Shown here in pieces: positions 10,945 through 21,853 of a DNA stretch of 64,000 nucleotides (positions are counted from its first letter, which is position 1; the number at the start of each line of letters is the position of its first letter). The DNA comes from an uncultured Acidimicrobiaceae bacterium (GTDB lineage: Bacteria > Actinomycetota > Acidimicrobiia > Acidimicrobiales > Bog-793): positions 44,869 through 108,868 of the forward strand of contig CAWDPZ010000025.1 in the NCBI GenBank assembly GCA_963804265.1, in the 5' to 3' direction. A program made the translations under genes and the position numbers. A model generated the notes under the pieces. The model saw nothing but the letters and a program-made list of their open reading frames with translations. It was not told the origin of the DNA and made no database searches.

Positions 10945-12359
10945 AGCACCGGCCAGCTCGGGCCAGGCTCGATCCCGATCGTTGCCAGGACCTCGCGGTC
11001 GATGCGCTCGACGGCTTCTCGGACCTCGGCCTCGTCGACACGTGTCAGGTGCTTTGCGTCAAGAAGAACCTCGCCCGCGACGAGCACGGTGTGCACGGAG
11101 TGCCCGGTCGAGCCGTAGACGAGATTGGCGACCGGGTTGTGGAGCGGGCGCCAGTCGAAGTCCTCGGTGTCGAAGCAGGTTATGTCGGCTTGTTTCCCGG
11201 GCTCGATCGACCCGCTGACCGTGTCGAGTCGCAACGCCCGGGCACCGCCGATGGTCGCCATCTCGAGCGCCTGCTCGGCGGTGACGGCGTTCGGGTCACG
11301 CCGGGCGTCGCGGGGCAAGAGCGCGGCAAGATGCATGGAGCGGCAGATGTCCTGGTGGTTCGAGACGTTCTCGGCGTCGGTGCCGAGCGCGATCGGGACT
11401 CCGGCTGCGATGAGCTCGGGCCACTTGCCCGTCTGAGTCGTGCCCTTGGCGAACTTGAGCGCCGAGCTCGGGTTCTGGGAGATGCGAGCGCCTGTGTCGG
11501 CGACCAGGTCGACCTCGAAGTTCTCGAGGGAGGTCATGTGGTTGAGCAGCACCCACGGGTTCAAGGCGCCGATCGAGTGCATGTGCTGCAAAGGCCGCTC
11601 CCCGAAGGCCTCGAGCTCCAGGGCCACCTCCCGCTCGCTCGTGGCCTTGTGGAGCACAGCGAGGGAGTCAGCTTCCTCGGCCAGCTTGGCGGCTCCGAGG
11701 TTGAGGGCGTCGGAACACGTGCCCACCCCCTCGATCGTGACGGCGTCGCTGATGAGCGGGTTGCCGAAGGCCCGGACCGTCTCGATCCCCCGGCGCAGGC
11801 GGTCGAGGGCGGAGTCCGCGTCCATGACGAGCCAGTCCGGAAGGTCCGCCCTGCCGGCCGGTCCTCGTTGGTCCCACGTCCAGGGCCCGACGCGGCAGCG
11901 GATTCCGGAGGTGGCGAGGGCCTCGAGCACCGCCTCGAGATGGTTGCAGCCCGGTTCCTCGAAGGTGGTCGTACCGAAGCGGATCATCTCGGCGGTCGCG
12001 TGGAGCGCGTAGGCGTGCATCTGTTCTTCGGTCAAGGCCGCAAAGCACGGATAGGTGAACGTGCGCAGCGCCTCGAGGGTCTGGCGGCCTTCAGGCAGCG
12101 CTCCCTTCGGGCAGCAGAGCAGGTGACGGTGACCGTTCACGAGCCCGGGGGTGACAACCATCCGCGAGGTGTCGATGACCCTGCCGGCGCGGTAGCGGGC
12201 TTCGATGTCGGCGCGCTGGCCGGCGTCGAGGATGGTCGTCCCGCTGATCGCCACGGCGCCGTCCCGATAGACCTCGCGGCGGCCGTTCATCGTGATCAGC
12301 CAGCCGCCGGCCAAAAGCAGATCGACCTCGACGGGCCGAGCGTCGGTATCTCCCCCCAC
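10941..12359 (-). CDS. Amidohydrolase superfamily protein (SsnA/Atz/Trz-like)
   Basis: [46 protein letters not shown]. Confidence 0.9.
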   Translation of the reverse strand: MGGDTDARPVEVDLLLAGGWLITMNGRREVYRDGAVAISGTTILDAGQRADIEARYRAGRVIDTSRMVVTPGLVNGHRHLLCCPKGALPEGRQTLEALRTFTYPCFAALTEEQMHAYALHATAEMIRFGTTTFEEPGCNHLEAVLEALATSGIRCRVGPWTWDQRGPAGRADLPDWLVMDADSALDRLRRGIETVRAFGNPLISDAVTIEGVGTCSDALNLGAAKLAEEADSLAVLHKATSEREVALELEAFGERPLQHMHSIGALNPWVLLNHMTSLENFEVDLVADTGARISQNPSSALKFAKGTTQTGKWPELIAAGVPIALGTDAENVSNHQDICRSMHLAALLPRDARRDPNAVTAEQALEMATIGGARALRLDTVSGSIEPGKQADITCFDTEDFDWRPLHNPVANLVYGSTGHSVHTVLVAGEVLLDAKHLTRVDEAEVREAVERIDREVLATIGIEPGPSWPVL

Positions 12360-12376
12360 TCGCCGCCCCCTCGTTT

Positions 12377-12404
12377 AATACATCAGATACCAGATAGCAG
12401 ATTG
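12377..12404. promoter_or_regulatory. Candidate GntR operator and promoter at the head of the cluster
   Basis: ATACATC-AGATACC-AGATAGC-AGATT heptad repeats. TTGACA on the minus strand at 12429-12424. Confidence 0.6.
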
Positions 12405-12485
12405 AAGCGGAGGAAGGCAACGCTGTCAATAGCCTCGATCGGCGTGCCGGGAGCCGCCTCGGCGCGTCCTCGCCCGTCCGGCGCC

Positions 12486-13223
12486 TCAGGCATCGGACGC
12501 GGCCCAGGCGGGGCCGGACCGGCCCAGAGCCCGCGCGGTCGTGCCTACGCCGGCAGCGACGATGAGGGCGATCACCAGGGGGTAGACGATCGAGTGGTGG
12601 ACGATGAACGCCGCGCCGACGACGGCGCCGGCAAGCATCGTGCCGACGGCGACAAAGCGGCGGCCGGCCTTGGACCCGTTGCCGCCGCCGAGAGCGCTGT
12701 CGGCCGTCATGCCCGTGATCGTCATGGTGAGAACAGTTGTGGTCAGGTCGGGCACCGCCAGCTTGCGGGCGGTCGCGTTCTGGATCCCCATGGCGATCGC
12801 GAGCATGACGATCAAGCCGTAGCGGAATCCGGACGTTATCGGGCTGCCGCTGGCAGCGGCCAGGGCTACGCCGGCTGCGAGGCACGCCGACTGCACGACG
12901 GCGGCCGAGCCGAGGTGCAGACCTCGATTCTTCGAGTAGCGGGCACCGATGCGGCCGCCGGCGACGCTGCCGAGGGCGAACGACGCGATCGCGACAAGCG
13001 ACGCCGCGAGGGAAAAGCCCGGCGCTCCCACGAGGGCGAAGCCCAGCAGCACGACGTTGCCGGTCATGTTGGCGACGAAGACATGTCCGAGGGCGAGGTA
13101 GCTGAACGCGTCGACAAGACCGGTGACGAGCGTCATGAAGACCAGCAGCGGCGGCAGGGGCCCGTGCCTGCTGTCGCGGTCCCAGAGAAAGGTCTCGCGC
13201 AGCTCGGTGAGGAAAATGCTCAT
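12486..13223 (-). CDS. YoaK/DUF1275 family membrane protein
   Basis: TGLVDAFSYLALGHVFVANMTGNVV; AMGIQNA; DLTTTVLT. Confidence 0.9.
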   Translation of the reverse strand: MSIFLTELRETFLWDRDSRHGPLPPLLVFMTLVTGLVDAFSYLALGHVFVANMTGNVVLLGFALVGAPGFSLAASLVAIASFALGSVAGGRIGARYSKNRGLHLGSAAVVQSACLAAGVALAAASGSPITSGFRYGLIVMLAIAMGIQNATARKLAVPDLTTTVLTMTITGMTADSALGGGNGSKAGRRFVAVGTMLAGAVVGAAFIVHHSIVYPLVIALIVAAGVGTTARALGRSGPAWAASDA

Positions 13224-13279
13224 GTCGCCCCCCTCGGTCGATGAGAGATCTGTCGCTCGGACGCCCGCCCGGAGTGGCC

Positions 13280-14069
13280 TCAAGCCCAGTCGGGTGTGCG
13301 CTTTTCGACGAAGGCCTCGATGCCTTCGCGTCGCTCCGGGCGAACGCGCCGCTTCCTCCCAGGCCTCCTGCTCGAGCTCGAGACCTTCTTCGAGCGACCG
13401 CCCGGCTCCGAGGCGCATCGCCCGTTTGGCCAGTCTCGTCGCGAGAGGGGAGTTGGCGGCGATCTGCCTTCCGATCGCCAGGGCTTGCGAGCGGGCCTCA
13501 CCCGGGGCGACCAGCCGGTCGACGAGGCCGAGGCGAAGCGCCTCTGTGGCCTCGACGCGGCGGCCGGTGAGCACGAGGTCGGCCGCGACCGCCGGGCCGG
13601 CCCGCCGGAGGAGCAGCTGCGTGCCTCCTCCGCCGGGAACGAGGCCGACCGAGACCTCCGGCAGGCCGAGGACCGCGGTCTCGTCGGCCACGATCAGGTC
13701 GCACGAGAGCGCTATCTCGTATCCGCCCCCGAGCGCGAAGCCCGCCACGGCGGCGACGGTTGCGACAGGCAGGTCCAACAGCCCGCGGAACACGGCGCGG
13801 ATGAGCGGGCGCTGGGCCGACATCTCGGCGTCGGTGAAGCCGTTGCGCTCCTTGAGGTCGGCTCCGATGCAAAAGGCTCGCGCGTTCGACGAGGAGACGA
13901 CGACGGCGCGGACGCTTCGGTCCCGGCCGACCTCCGAGGTGACCGCGGCGAGCCGGGTCGCCATCGCGCTGGAGATGGCGTTCAGCTGACCTGGGCGGTT
14001 GAGGACGATCTCGGCGACGTCGCCGTCCGTCCGGAGCTCGACCAGGGACGCAGTCTCAGCGTTGCCCAC
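13280..14069 (-). CDS. Enoyl-CoA hydratase (likely methylglutaconyl-CoA hydratase, LiuC-like); frameshift near 13330
   Basis: [47 protein letters not shown]; ends [15 protein letters not shown]. Confidence 0.9.
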
Positions 14070-14072
14070 TTC

Positions 14073-14088
14073 TTGACGTTAACGTCTG
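14073..14088. promoter_or_regulatory. Palindromic operator, LiuR-like
   Basis: TTGACGTTAACGTCTG with a perfect 12-bp core GACGTTAACGTC, between the divergent liu-like genes. Confidence 0.6.
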
Positions 14089-14165
14089 TGCCGCGGGAAC
14101 GCCGGCGGCGGGGGAGTTCCGGGGAGGGGCAGAGTACGTTGCGTGACGGTGGCGCTGGAGACGCG

Positions 14166-15742
14166 GTGACGGGCGCCACCGGTGCCGGCGGCGCAGGACC
14201 CGCGCCGACGCTGCGGGCCCTGACCGAGGAGCTGCGCGAACGGCTTGCCGTGGTCCGCGAGGGCGGAACCGAGGCGGCGCGCAGCCGGCACCGGGCCCGG
14301 GGCAAGCTTCTCGTGCGGGAACGGATCGATCGCCTGATCGACCCGGGCTCGCCTTTTCTCGAGCTGTCCCCGCTCGCTGCCTACGAGCTGTACGACGAGC
14401 CGGTCCCCGCCGCCGGTCTCGTCAGCGGCATCGGCCGGATCTGCGGACGGCCGTGTCTCATCGTGGCCAACGACGCCACCGTAAAAGGGGGGACGTACTT
14501 CCCCGTGACCGTGAAGAAGCACCTTCGCGCTCAGCAGATCGCTGCCGACAACCGCCTTGCTTGTTGCTACCTGGTCGACTCCGGAGGTGCCTACCTGCCC
14601 TTGCAGGCCGAGGTGTTCCCGGACCGTGAGCATTTCGGTCGCATCTTCTTCAACCAGGCGAGGCTTTCGGCTGCCGGCATAGCGCAGCTGGCCGCGGTGA
14701 TGGGCTCGAGCACCGCAGGTGGTGCCTACGTCCCGGCCATGTGCGACGAGAACGTCATCGTCGCCGGGCAGGGGACGATCTTCCTGGGCGGACCTCCCCT
14801 CGTGAAGGCCGCCACGGGCGAGACCGTCACCGCCGAGGAGCTTGGCGGCGGCGATGTCCACGCCCGGCTCTCGGGCGTCGTCGACCATCTGGTCGCCGAC
14901 GACGCCGAGGCCCTCTATCGTGCTCCGCTCGATCGTCGACACCCTGGAGCGACCCGCTCCCTGCGCCTTCGACCGCACGGACCCGGCTGAGCCCCTCGAG
15001 GACCCGGAGGATATCTACGACCTGGTGCCCGGCGACCTGCGCACGGCCTACGACGTCCGCGAGGTGATCCGCCGTATCGTCGACCGTTCCGTCCTGCTCG
15101 AGTTCAAGGAGCTGTACGGCACGACGCTCGTCTGCGGGTTCGCCCGGATCCACGGCTATCGCGTCGGGATCGTCGCCAACAACGGCATCTTGTTCAGCGA
15201 GGCGGCGCTCAAGGGGGCGCACTTTGTCGAGCTGTGCAGCCAGCGGCAGATACCGCTCGTCTTCTTGCAGAACATCGCCGGCTTCATGGTCGGGCGCGAG
15301 TACGAGGCGCGTGGGATCGCGAAGGACGGCGCCAAGCTCGTCACCGCGGTCGCCTGTGCCTCGGTGCCCAAGTTCACGGTGATCATCGGGGGATCCTTCG
15401 GTGCGGGCAATTACGCCATGTGCGGACGCGCTTATGACCCGAGGCTGCTTTTCATGTGGCCCAACGCCCGGATCTCGGTCATGGGCGGCGATCAGGCGGC
15501 CACTGTCCTCGGCTCGGTGGGGGGGCCGGACCCGGCCGGAGGAGCATCGTCCGGCGTCGACAGCGGTGCCGACCTGCGTGCCGCCTACGACCATGAGGGA
15601 TCTCCCTACTACTCGAGCGCCCGGCTGTGGGACGACGGCGTCATCGACCCCCTCGACACGCGGCGCGGTCCTCGGCATCGGGCTCGAGCTCGCCGCGGCC
15701 GTGCCGACGGCCGAGACCCGGTTCGGCATCTTGCGGATGTGA
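14166..15742 (+). CDS. Methylcrotonoyl-CoA carboxylase carboxyltransferase (beta) subunit; frameshifts near 14915 and 15665
   Basis: [75 protein letters not shown]. Confidence 0.93.
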
Positions 15743-17724
15743 CGGGTCAGTTGCGTTTCGAGCGGCTCATGGTCGCCAACCGCGGCGAGATCGCGGCCCG
15801 CGTCCTCCTGGCGGCGCGGGGGCTCGGGCTTTCGACCGTGGCGGTCTACTCCGACGCGGACCGGGGTGCGCCCTATCTCGACCTCGCCGACTCTGCGGTC
15901 CATCTCGGGCCCTCCTCGGCGGCCGAGTCCTACCTGAACGTCGCCGCCCTGCTCGAGGCGGCCCGTTCCAGCGGGGCCTCGGCGGTCCACCCCGGTTACG
16001 GCTTTTTGTCCGAGAACAGCGGCTTCGCGAGAGCCTGCGGCGAGGCAGGGCTCGTCTTCGTCGGTCCGCCGCCGTCGGTCATCGAGGACATGAGCAGCAA
16101 GGACCGGGCCCGGCACATCGCCGCAGATGCCGGGCTGTCGGTTCTCGCCGCCGCCGAGGGCGACGACGACGAGCTCGTCGCCGCAGTGCTCGCCCGCGTC
16201 GGCTTTCCCGCTCTTGTCAAAGCCGTGGCGGGCGGTGGCGGCAAGGCCATGCACTTGGCCGGGGACGAGGCGACGCTCCGCGCGACGCTTGTCTCGGCCC
16301 GGCGTGAGGCAGAGGCCGCCTTCGGTGACCCGAGATTGCTGGTCGAGCGTTACGTGGGGGACGGCCGCCATGTCGAGGTGCAGGTCGCGGGCGACGAGAC
16401 CGGGCACGTCGTCCACCTCTTCGAGCGCGACTGCTCGGTGCAGCGGCGCCACCAGAAGGTCATCGAGGAGGCGCCCGCGCCCACTGTCGACCCGGCGCTC
16501 CGTGCCAGGCTCTGCGCAGACGCGGTCCGCCTTGCGAGCTCTGTCGGCTACCTCAGCGTCGGGACGGTGGAGTTCCTCGTCGCGGGTGGCGAGCCCTACT
16601 TCCTCGAGATGAACACCCGTCTCCAGGTCGAGCACCGCGTCACCGAGGCCGTGACCGGTGTCGACCTCGTCCGGCTCCAGCTGGAGATCGCCCAGGGCCA
16701 CCCGATTCCTTTCGCTCAGGCGGACCTCGTCTGCACCGGTCACGCCATCGAGGCCCGTGTCTATGCGGAGGATCCCGACGCCGGGTTCCTGCCGCAGGCC
16801 GGCATGCCGAGCTTCGTGCGGTTCTCCGACGACGCCCTCGTGGACGCCGGCGTGAGCGTGGGCCGCGCCGTCACCACCTACTACGACCCGATGCTCGCCA
16901 AGCTCGTGGTCTCGGGCCCGACCCGGGAACAGGCGCGCCGGCGCCTCGTCCACGCGCTGGACGAGAGCGCCATCTTCGGCGTGAGGACGAATCTCGGTCT
17001 TCTGCGCCGCCTCGCCGCCTCGGGCGCTTTTGCCGAGGCGGCCATCGACGTCAGCACCTTGGACCGGGGCTTTCTCCCCGCCCCGCCAGAGGAGGCTCTC
17101 GTCGCCCTCGCCGTGGCGGCGGACATCCTGGCCGGCGACGGGCACGACTCGCCCCTCGGGTTGAACGACGGCTGGCGGCTCGGCGGTCCGGCGGCGCCGG
17201 CGGCGCTGAGCCTCATCCTCGAGGGGACCGAGCACCTCGTCGTGGTCGACAGGATCGCCGGCGTGGTGCGCTGCGACGGCCGGAGTGTCGAGATCGCCCT
17301 GCTCGAGGAGACAGGCGGCCGCCGCCGCTGCGCGATCGACGGAGTCGAGGCCGTGTTCCACTACGCCTTCGATCATCAAGCCGTCACGATCGGCTACCAC
17401 GGCTCCAGCTATCGCTTCGAACGGTGGCGTCGTTCCAGGGCCGCAGACCAGATCACGCTCGGCGGGGACGTCATCCGGGCGCCGATGCCGGGAGTCGTTC
17501 GCCAGATCGACGTCACGGTGGGGACGAGGGTGCAGGCCGGAGAGGTCCTCGCCGTGCTCGAATCGATGAAGATGGAGTTCCCCCTGCGCGCACCACGAGA
17601 CGGCGTCGTCGCCGAGGTGGCGGTCACGACCGCGGGCCATGTCGGCCTGGACGCCCCCGTGTTCCGCCTCGAGTCAGCGCCGGCCCCGGGGGCAGGCCCA
17701 GACGGCCGAGGGTCGACGCGATGA
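15739..17724 (+). CDS. Methylcrotonoyl-CoA carboxylase alpha subunit (biotin carboxylase plus BCCP)
   Basis: [39 protein letters not shown], biotinyl motif ESMKME. Confidence 0.93.
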   Translation: MTGQLRFERLMVANRGEIAARVLLAARGLGLSTVAVYSDADRGAPYLDLADSAVHLGPSSAAESYLNVAALLEAARSSGASAVHPGYGFLSENSGFARACGEAGLVFVGPPPSVIEDMSSKDRARHIAADAGLSVLAAAEGDDDELVAAVLARVGFPALVKAVAGGGGKAMHLAGDEATLRATLVSARREAEAAFGDPRLLVERYVGDGRHVEVQVAGDETGHVVHLFERDCSVQRRHQKVIEEAPAPTVDPALRARLCADAVRLASSVGYLSVGTVEFLVAGGEPYFLEMNTRLQVEHRVTEAVTGVDLVRLQLEIAQGHPIPFAQADLVCTGHAIEARVYAEDPDAGFLPQAGMPSFVRFSDDALVDAGVSVGRAVTTYYDPMLAKLVVSGPTREQARRRLVHALDESAIFGVRTNLGLLRRLAASGAFAEAAIDVSTLDRGFLPAPPEEALVALAVAADILAGDGHDSPLGLNDGWRLGGPAAPAALSLILEGTEHLVVVDRIAGVVRCDGRSVEIALLEETGGRRRCAIDGVEAVFHYAFDHQAVTIGYHGSSYRFERWRRSRAADQITLGGDVIRAPMPGVVRQIDVTVGTRVQAGEVLAVLESMKMEFPLRAPRDGVVAEVAVTTAGHVGLDAPVFRLESAPAPGAGPDGRGSTR

Positions 17725-18696
17725 CCGCGGCGGGAGGAAAGCCCGCGGGGGAGCACCTGCGCGAGCGTCAGCCCGTCGCCCTCGCCGGGCTGCCCCGAGA
17801 GGTGACGGTCTACGAGGTCTCGCCGCGTGACGGCCTGCAGAACGAGAGCACGCTGGTACCGGTGGGGACCAAGCTCGAGCTGATCTCGCGGCTTTTGGGC
17901 GCCGGGCTCAAGGCACTCGAGGTGACGAGCCTCGTCCGGCCCGACCGGGTGCCCCAGCTCGCCGACGCCGACGAACTGCTGGCGCGCCTCGAGCCGCGGG
18001 ACGGGGCTCGCTTCGTGGTGCTGGTCCCGAACCTGCGGGGCCTCGAGCGGGCAGAAGCGGCGTCGGTTCGGGAGATCGCCGTGTTCGCGAGCGCCACCGA
18101 GTCGTTCGCCCTGGCGAATCTGCACCGCACCCGGCGGGAGTCGATGGCGATGTTCGCCGAGGTCGCGGAACATGCCCTGGCCGACGGGCTCGCAGTGCGC
18201 GGCTATGTGTCGATGTGCTTCGGCGACCCGGACGAAGGCCCCGTTCGCGGTGGCGGCCGTCGTCGGGGTCGTGCGGGAGCTGTTCGAGATGGGCTGCTGG
18301 CAGGTGAGCATCGGCGACACGATCGGAGTGGCAGGCCCCGGTCAGGTCCACGAGCTCATCGAAGCCGTCGACGCCGCAGGCATCGACGGCAAGATGCTCG
18401 CCGTCCACTTCCACGACACCTACGGCCAGGCGCTCGCCAACACTCTCGCCGCTCTCCGCGTCGGGGTGACGACGGTCGACACCTCGGCGGGAGGCATCGG
18501 CGGCTGCCCCTACGCCAGGAGCGCCACCGGCAATCTCGCCACCGAGGACCTGGTCTTCATGCTCGAGGGGCTTGGCATCGACACCGGCGTCGACCTCGCG
18601 GCACTGGCCGAGACGAGCAGCTGGATGGCCGAGCAGCTCGGCCGTCCGTCGCCGTCGAAGGTCGTCACCGCTTTTCGGAAGGAGAAGAGCAGATGA
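17721..18696 (+). CDS. Hydroxymethylglutaryl-CoA lyase; frameshift near 18245
   Basis: [41 protein letters not shown]. Confidence 0.93.
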
Positions 18697-19871
18697 GCCA
18701 CGAGTTCGACCACAGGCTCCCGGACGAGCTCATCGAGTTCAAGAGCGTCGTGCGCCGGTTCGCCCTCGAAGAGGTTGCTCCCGTCATCGGCGACTATTAC
18801 GAGCGGGGCGCGTTCGCTTACGACATCGTCGCCAAGATGGCGGCGATGGGGCTTTTCGGGCTGCCGTTCCCGGAGCGGTACGGCGGCATGGGGGCCGGCC
18901 CGCTCGCCTTGCCGATCGCTCTCGAGGAGCTCGCCCGGGTCGACTCGTCGGTCGCCGTCACTCTCGAGGCGGCGGTGAGCCTGGCGGCCATGCTCATCTA
19001 CCGCTTCGGCAGCGAGGATCAGCGTCTGGGATTCCTGCCCCCGCTCGTGGCGGGCGAACGGCTGGCGGCCTTCGCTCTCACCGAGCCCGGTGGCGGCTCT
19101 GACGCGGCGGCGCTTCGCACCGTGGCCCGGCGCGATGGGAACGACTATGTGCTGAACGGCACGAAGGCGTTCATCACCAACTCGGGGACCGACATCACCT
19201 CGCTCATGATCGTCGCAGCCGTGACCGGCACCCGGGCGGGCGGGCGGTCGGAGATCTCGGCGTTCATCGTCCCGGCTGACACCCGGGGTCTCGTCGTGGG
19301 CAAGAAGTACTCCAAGGTGGGTTGGCTGGCATCCGACACCCACGAGGTCGCCCTCTTAGACTGCCGTGTCCCCGCCGAGAACATGCTCGGTCCCGAGGGC
19401 CGCGGCTACGCACAGTTCCTCGAGGTGCTCGACGAGGGCCGCATCGGCGTGGCCGCCATCGCCGTCGGACTGGCGCAGGGTTGCATCGACGAGTCGATCC
19501 GCTACGGCGCCGAGCGGGAGGCCTTCGGCCGTCGCATCGGTGAGTACCAGGCCATCCAGTTCAAGATCGCCGACATGGAGGCGCGGGCCCACACGGCCCG
19601 GCTCGCCTACATGCAGGCGGCGTCGAAGCACGCACGCGGCGAGCCTTTCAAGAAGGAGGCGGCCATCGCGAAGCTCGTCGCCTCGGACGCCGCCGTGTTG
19701 AACGCCCGGGAGGCGACCCAGATATTCGGCGGCTACGGCTTCGTCAACGACAGCCCCGTCGCCCGGTTCTGGCGCGACGCCAAGATCCTCGAGATCGGCG
19801 AGGGCACGAGCGAGGTGCTGCGATCGCTCATCGCCCGCGAGCTTGGCGTCGGCGCCGAAGCGGAGCGATGA
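18693..19871 (+). CDS. Acyl-CoA dehydrogenase (likely isovaleryl-CoA)
   Basis: FALTEPGGGSDA, LNGTKAFITNSG, GRIGVAA, QIFGGYG, EIGEGTSEV. Confidence 0.92.
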   Translation: MSHEFDHRLPDELIEFKSVVRRFALEEVAPVIGDYYERGAFAYDIVAKMAAMGLFGLPFPERYGGMGAGPLALPIALEELARVDSSVAVTLEAAVSLAAMLIYRFGSEDQRLGFLPPLVAGERLAAFALTEPGGGSDAAALRTVARRDGNDYVLNGTKAFITNSGTDITSLMIVAAVTGTRAGGRSEISAFIVPADTRGLVVGKKYSKVGWLASDTHEVALLDCRVPAENMLGPEGRGYAQFLEVLDEGRIGVAAIAVGLAQGCIDESIRYGAEREAFGRRIGEYQAIQFKIADMEARAHTARLAYMQAASKHARGEPFKKEAAIAKLVASDAAVLNAREATQIFGGYGFVNDSPVARFWRDAKILEIGEGTSEVLRSLIARELGVGAEAER

Positions 19872-21853
19872 ACGAGATCTTGTGGGAGCCGTCCGAGGCC
19901 GACAGCCGCTCGTCGGTCATCGCGAGGTACATGGAGTTCCTGCGACATGAGGGACTGGGGGACTTCCGGCTCTACGACGAGCTGTGGAGATGGTCCGTCA
20001 CCGACCTGGAGGGATTCTGGCGGTCCGTCTGGAGGTTCTTCGACGTGGGCTCCCCGGTCCCTGACGCAGTGCTCCCGGACCGCACGATGCCAGGTTGCAA
20101 CTGGTTCCCCGGGACCAGGCTCAACTTCGCCGAGCAGGCCTTCAGGCGCGGCCACGCCGGCAGGGGAGACCCGCTCGGCAACCGGCCGGCCGTCGTCTCG
20201 CTGTCGCAGTCCCGCCCCACGGTCGAGATGTCGTGGTCCGATCTCGCCGGGGCGGTGGCCCGGTTCCGCGCGGGCCTGCTCGATCTGGGAGTGGGGCAAG
20301 GCGACCGGGTAGCCGCCTATCTCCCCAACATCGCCGAGACCATCGTCGCCTTCTTAGCCACCGCCGGCATCGGTGCCGTGTGGTCGTCGTGCCCACCCGA
20401 GTTCGGCCCGAGGAGCGTACTGGAGCGTTTCTCGCAGCTCGAGCCGAAGGTTCTCCTCACCGTCGACGGGTACCGCTACGGCGACAAGGAGGTGGACCGT
20501 TCCGGCGAGGTGGCTGCGATCCGCGACGGGCTGAGCTCGCTGGAGGCCACCGTCACCCTGCCTTATCTCGGCGAGGGCGCGCTTGCCGGCACACTCGAAT
20601 GGGAGGCCCTCATGGCCAGGGGCGCCGCGCCCGAGAGCGCGGCCGTGCCTTTCGACCACCCCTTGTACGTCCTTTATTCCTCGGGCACGACGAGCCGGCC
20701 GAAAGCGATCGTGCACGGCCACGGCGGGATCGTGCTCGAGCATCTGAAAGCGCTCGGGCTGCACAGCGACATGACGCCGGCGGACCGCTTCTTCTGGTTC
20801 ACGACCACGGGCTGGATGATGTGGAACTTCCTCGTGTCGGGCCTGCTCGTCGGCGCAACCGTGGTCTGCTTCGACGGCGACCCCGGCTATCCGAACCTGT
20901 CGGCGCTCTGGTCGATGGCCGAGCACTGCGAGGTGTCCTACTTCGGAACGAGCGCGCCCTTCATCATGGCGTGCAAGCGGAGAAGGCTTCGCCCTGGATC
21001 GAGCTTCGATCTTTCAAGGATCCGTGCCGTCGGCTCCACCGGGTCGCCGCTTCCCGCAGACGGATCCCGCTGGGTCTACAGCGCCGTCGGGGACCGGTTG
21101 CAGCTCGCCTCCATCAGCGGCGGCACCGACGTCTGCACGCCCTTCGTCGGCGCCAGCCGCCTGCACCCGGTGCGAGCCGGGCTGATCCCGTGCCGCTACC
21201 TCGGGGCCAAGGTCGAGGCGTACTCGCCCGACGGGCGGCCGCTCACAGGTGAGGTCGGCGAGCTCGTCATCACCGCACCCATGCCGTCGATGCCGCTCGG
21301 GCTCTTCGACGACCCGGACGGCTCGCGTTACCGGGCGACCTATTTCTCGACGTTCCCCGGCGTATGGCACCACGGCGACTGGATCACCGTGTTCGCCGAC
21401 GGCTCGTGCGAGATCACGGGACGTTCCGACGCCACGCTCAACAGGGGCGGAGTCCGGATCGGCACCGGCGAGCTCTACGCCGTGGTGGAGGGGATCGAGG
21501 GCGTGGACGACAGCCTCGTCCTCCACCTCGAGGACAAAGATGGCGGCGCCGGCCAGATCGTGCTCTTCGTCGCCCTTTCCGCCGGCACCGAGCTCGACGA
21601 CGCTCTCACGAAGGCCATCCGCGCAGAGCTTGCTAGCCAGCTGTCACCGCGGCACGTTCCCGACGTCATCCGCGCCGTGCCCCGTGTCCCCCGCACGCTC
21701 TCGGGCAAGAAGCTCGAGGTGCCCGTCAAGCGCATATTGATGGGCGCGCAGGCCGACAAGGTGGCGAGCGCCGACTCGTTGCTCGACCCCGAGGCGCTGG
21801 CTCCTTTCCTCTCGATGGCGCGCGACGCGAGCTGGCCGGGACGAAGGCCCTGA
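19868..21853 (+). CDS. Acetoacetate--CoA ligase
   Basis: LYSSGTT..PKAIVHGHGG, TTTGWMMWN, SISGGTD, GRSDATLNRGGVRIG, TLSGKKLEVPVK. Confidence 0.93.
   Translation: MNEILWEPSEADSRSSVIARYMEFLRHEGLGDFRLYDELWRWSVTDLEGFWRSVWRFFDVGSPVPDAVLPDRTMPGCNWFPGTRLNFAEQAFRRGHAGRGDPLGNRPAVVSLSQSRPTVEMSWSDLAGAVARFRAGLLDLGVGQGDRVAAYLPNIAETIVAFLATAGIGAVWSSCPPEFGPRSVLERFSQLEPKVLLTVDGYRYGDKEVDRSGEVAAIRDGLSSLEATVTLPYLGEGALAGTLEWEALMARGAAPESAAVPFDHPLYVLYSSGTTSRPKAIVHGHGGIVLEHLKALGLHSDMTPADRFFWFTTTGWMMWNFLVSGLLVGATVVCFDGDPGYPNLSALWSMAEHCEVSYFGTSAPFIMACKRRRLRPGSSFDLSRIRAVGSTGSPLPADGSRWVYSAVGDRLQLASISGGTDVCTPFVGASRLHPVRAGLIPCRYLGAKVEAYSPDGRPLTGEVGELVITAPMPSMPLGLFDDPDGSRYRATYFSTFPGVWHHGDWITVFADGSCEITGRSDATLNRGGVRIGTGELYAVVEGIEGVDDSLVLHLEDKDGGAGQIVLFVALSAGTELDDALTKAIRAELASQLSPRHVPDVIRAVPRVPRTLSGKKLEVPVKRILMGAQADKVASADSLLDPEALAPFLSMARDASWPGRRP

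Noticed and set aside
12486..14069. Enoyl-CoA hydratase/YoaK fusion
   Set aside because: The canonical hydratase end ([11 protein letters not shown]) is at 13280 in another frame, and YoaK has its own RBS.
11049..17640. Long antisense and Arg/Pro-rich alternative-frame ORFs (e.g. 11049-13244 +, 14827-17640 -)
   Set aside because: Shadow ORFs typical of high-GC DNA, overlapping well-supported genes and lacking motifs.
14842..19871. Carboxyltransferase/biotin carboxylase and HMG-CoA lyase/ACAD fusions
   Set aside because: Natural stops with GTGA/ATGA overlaps exist at 15742 and 18696.
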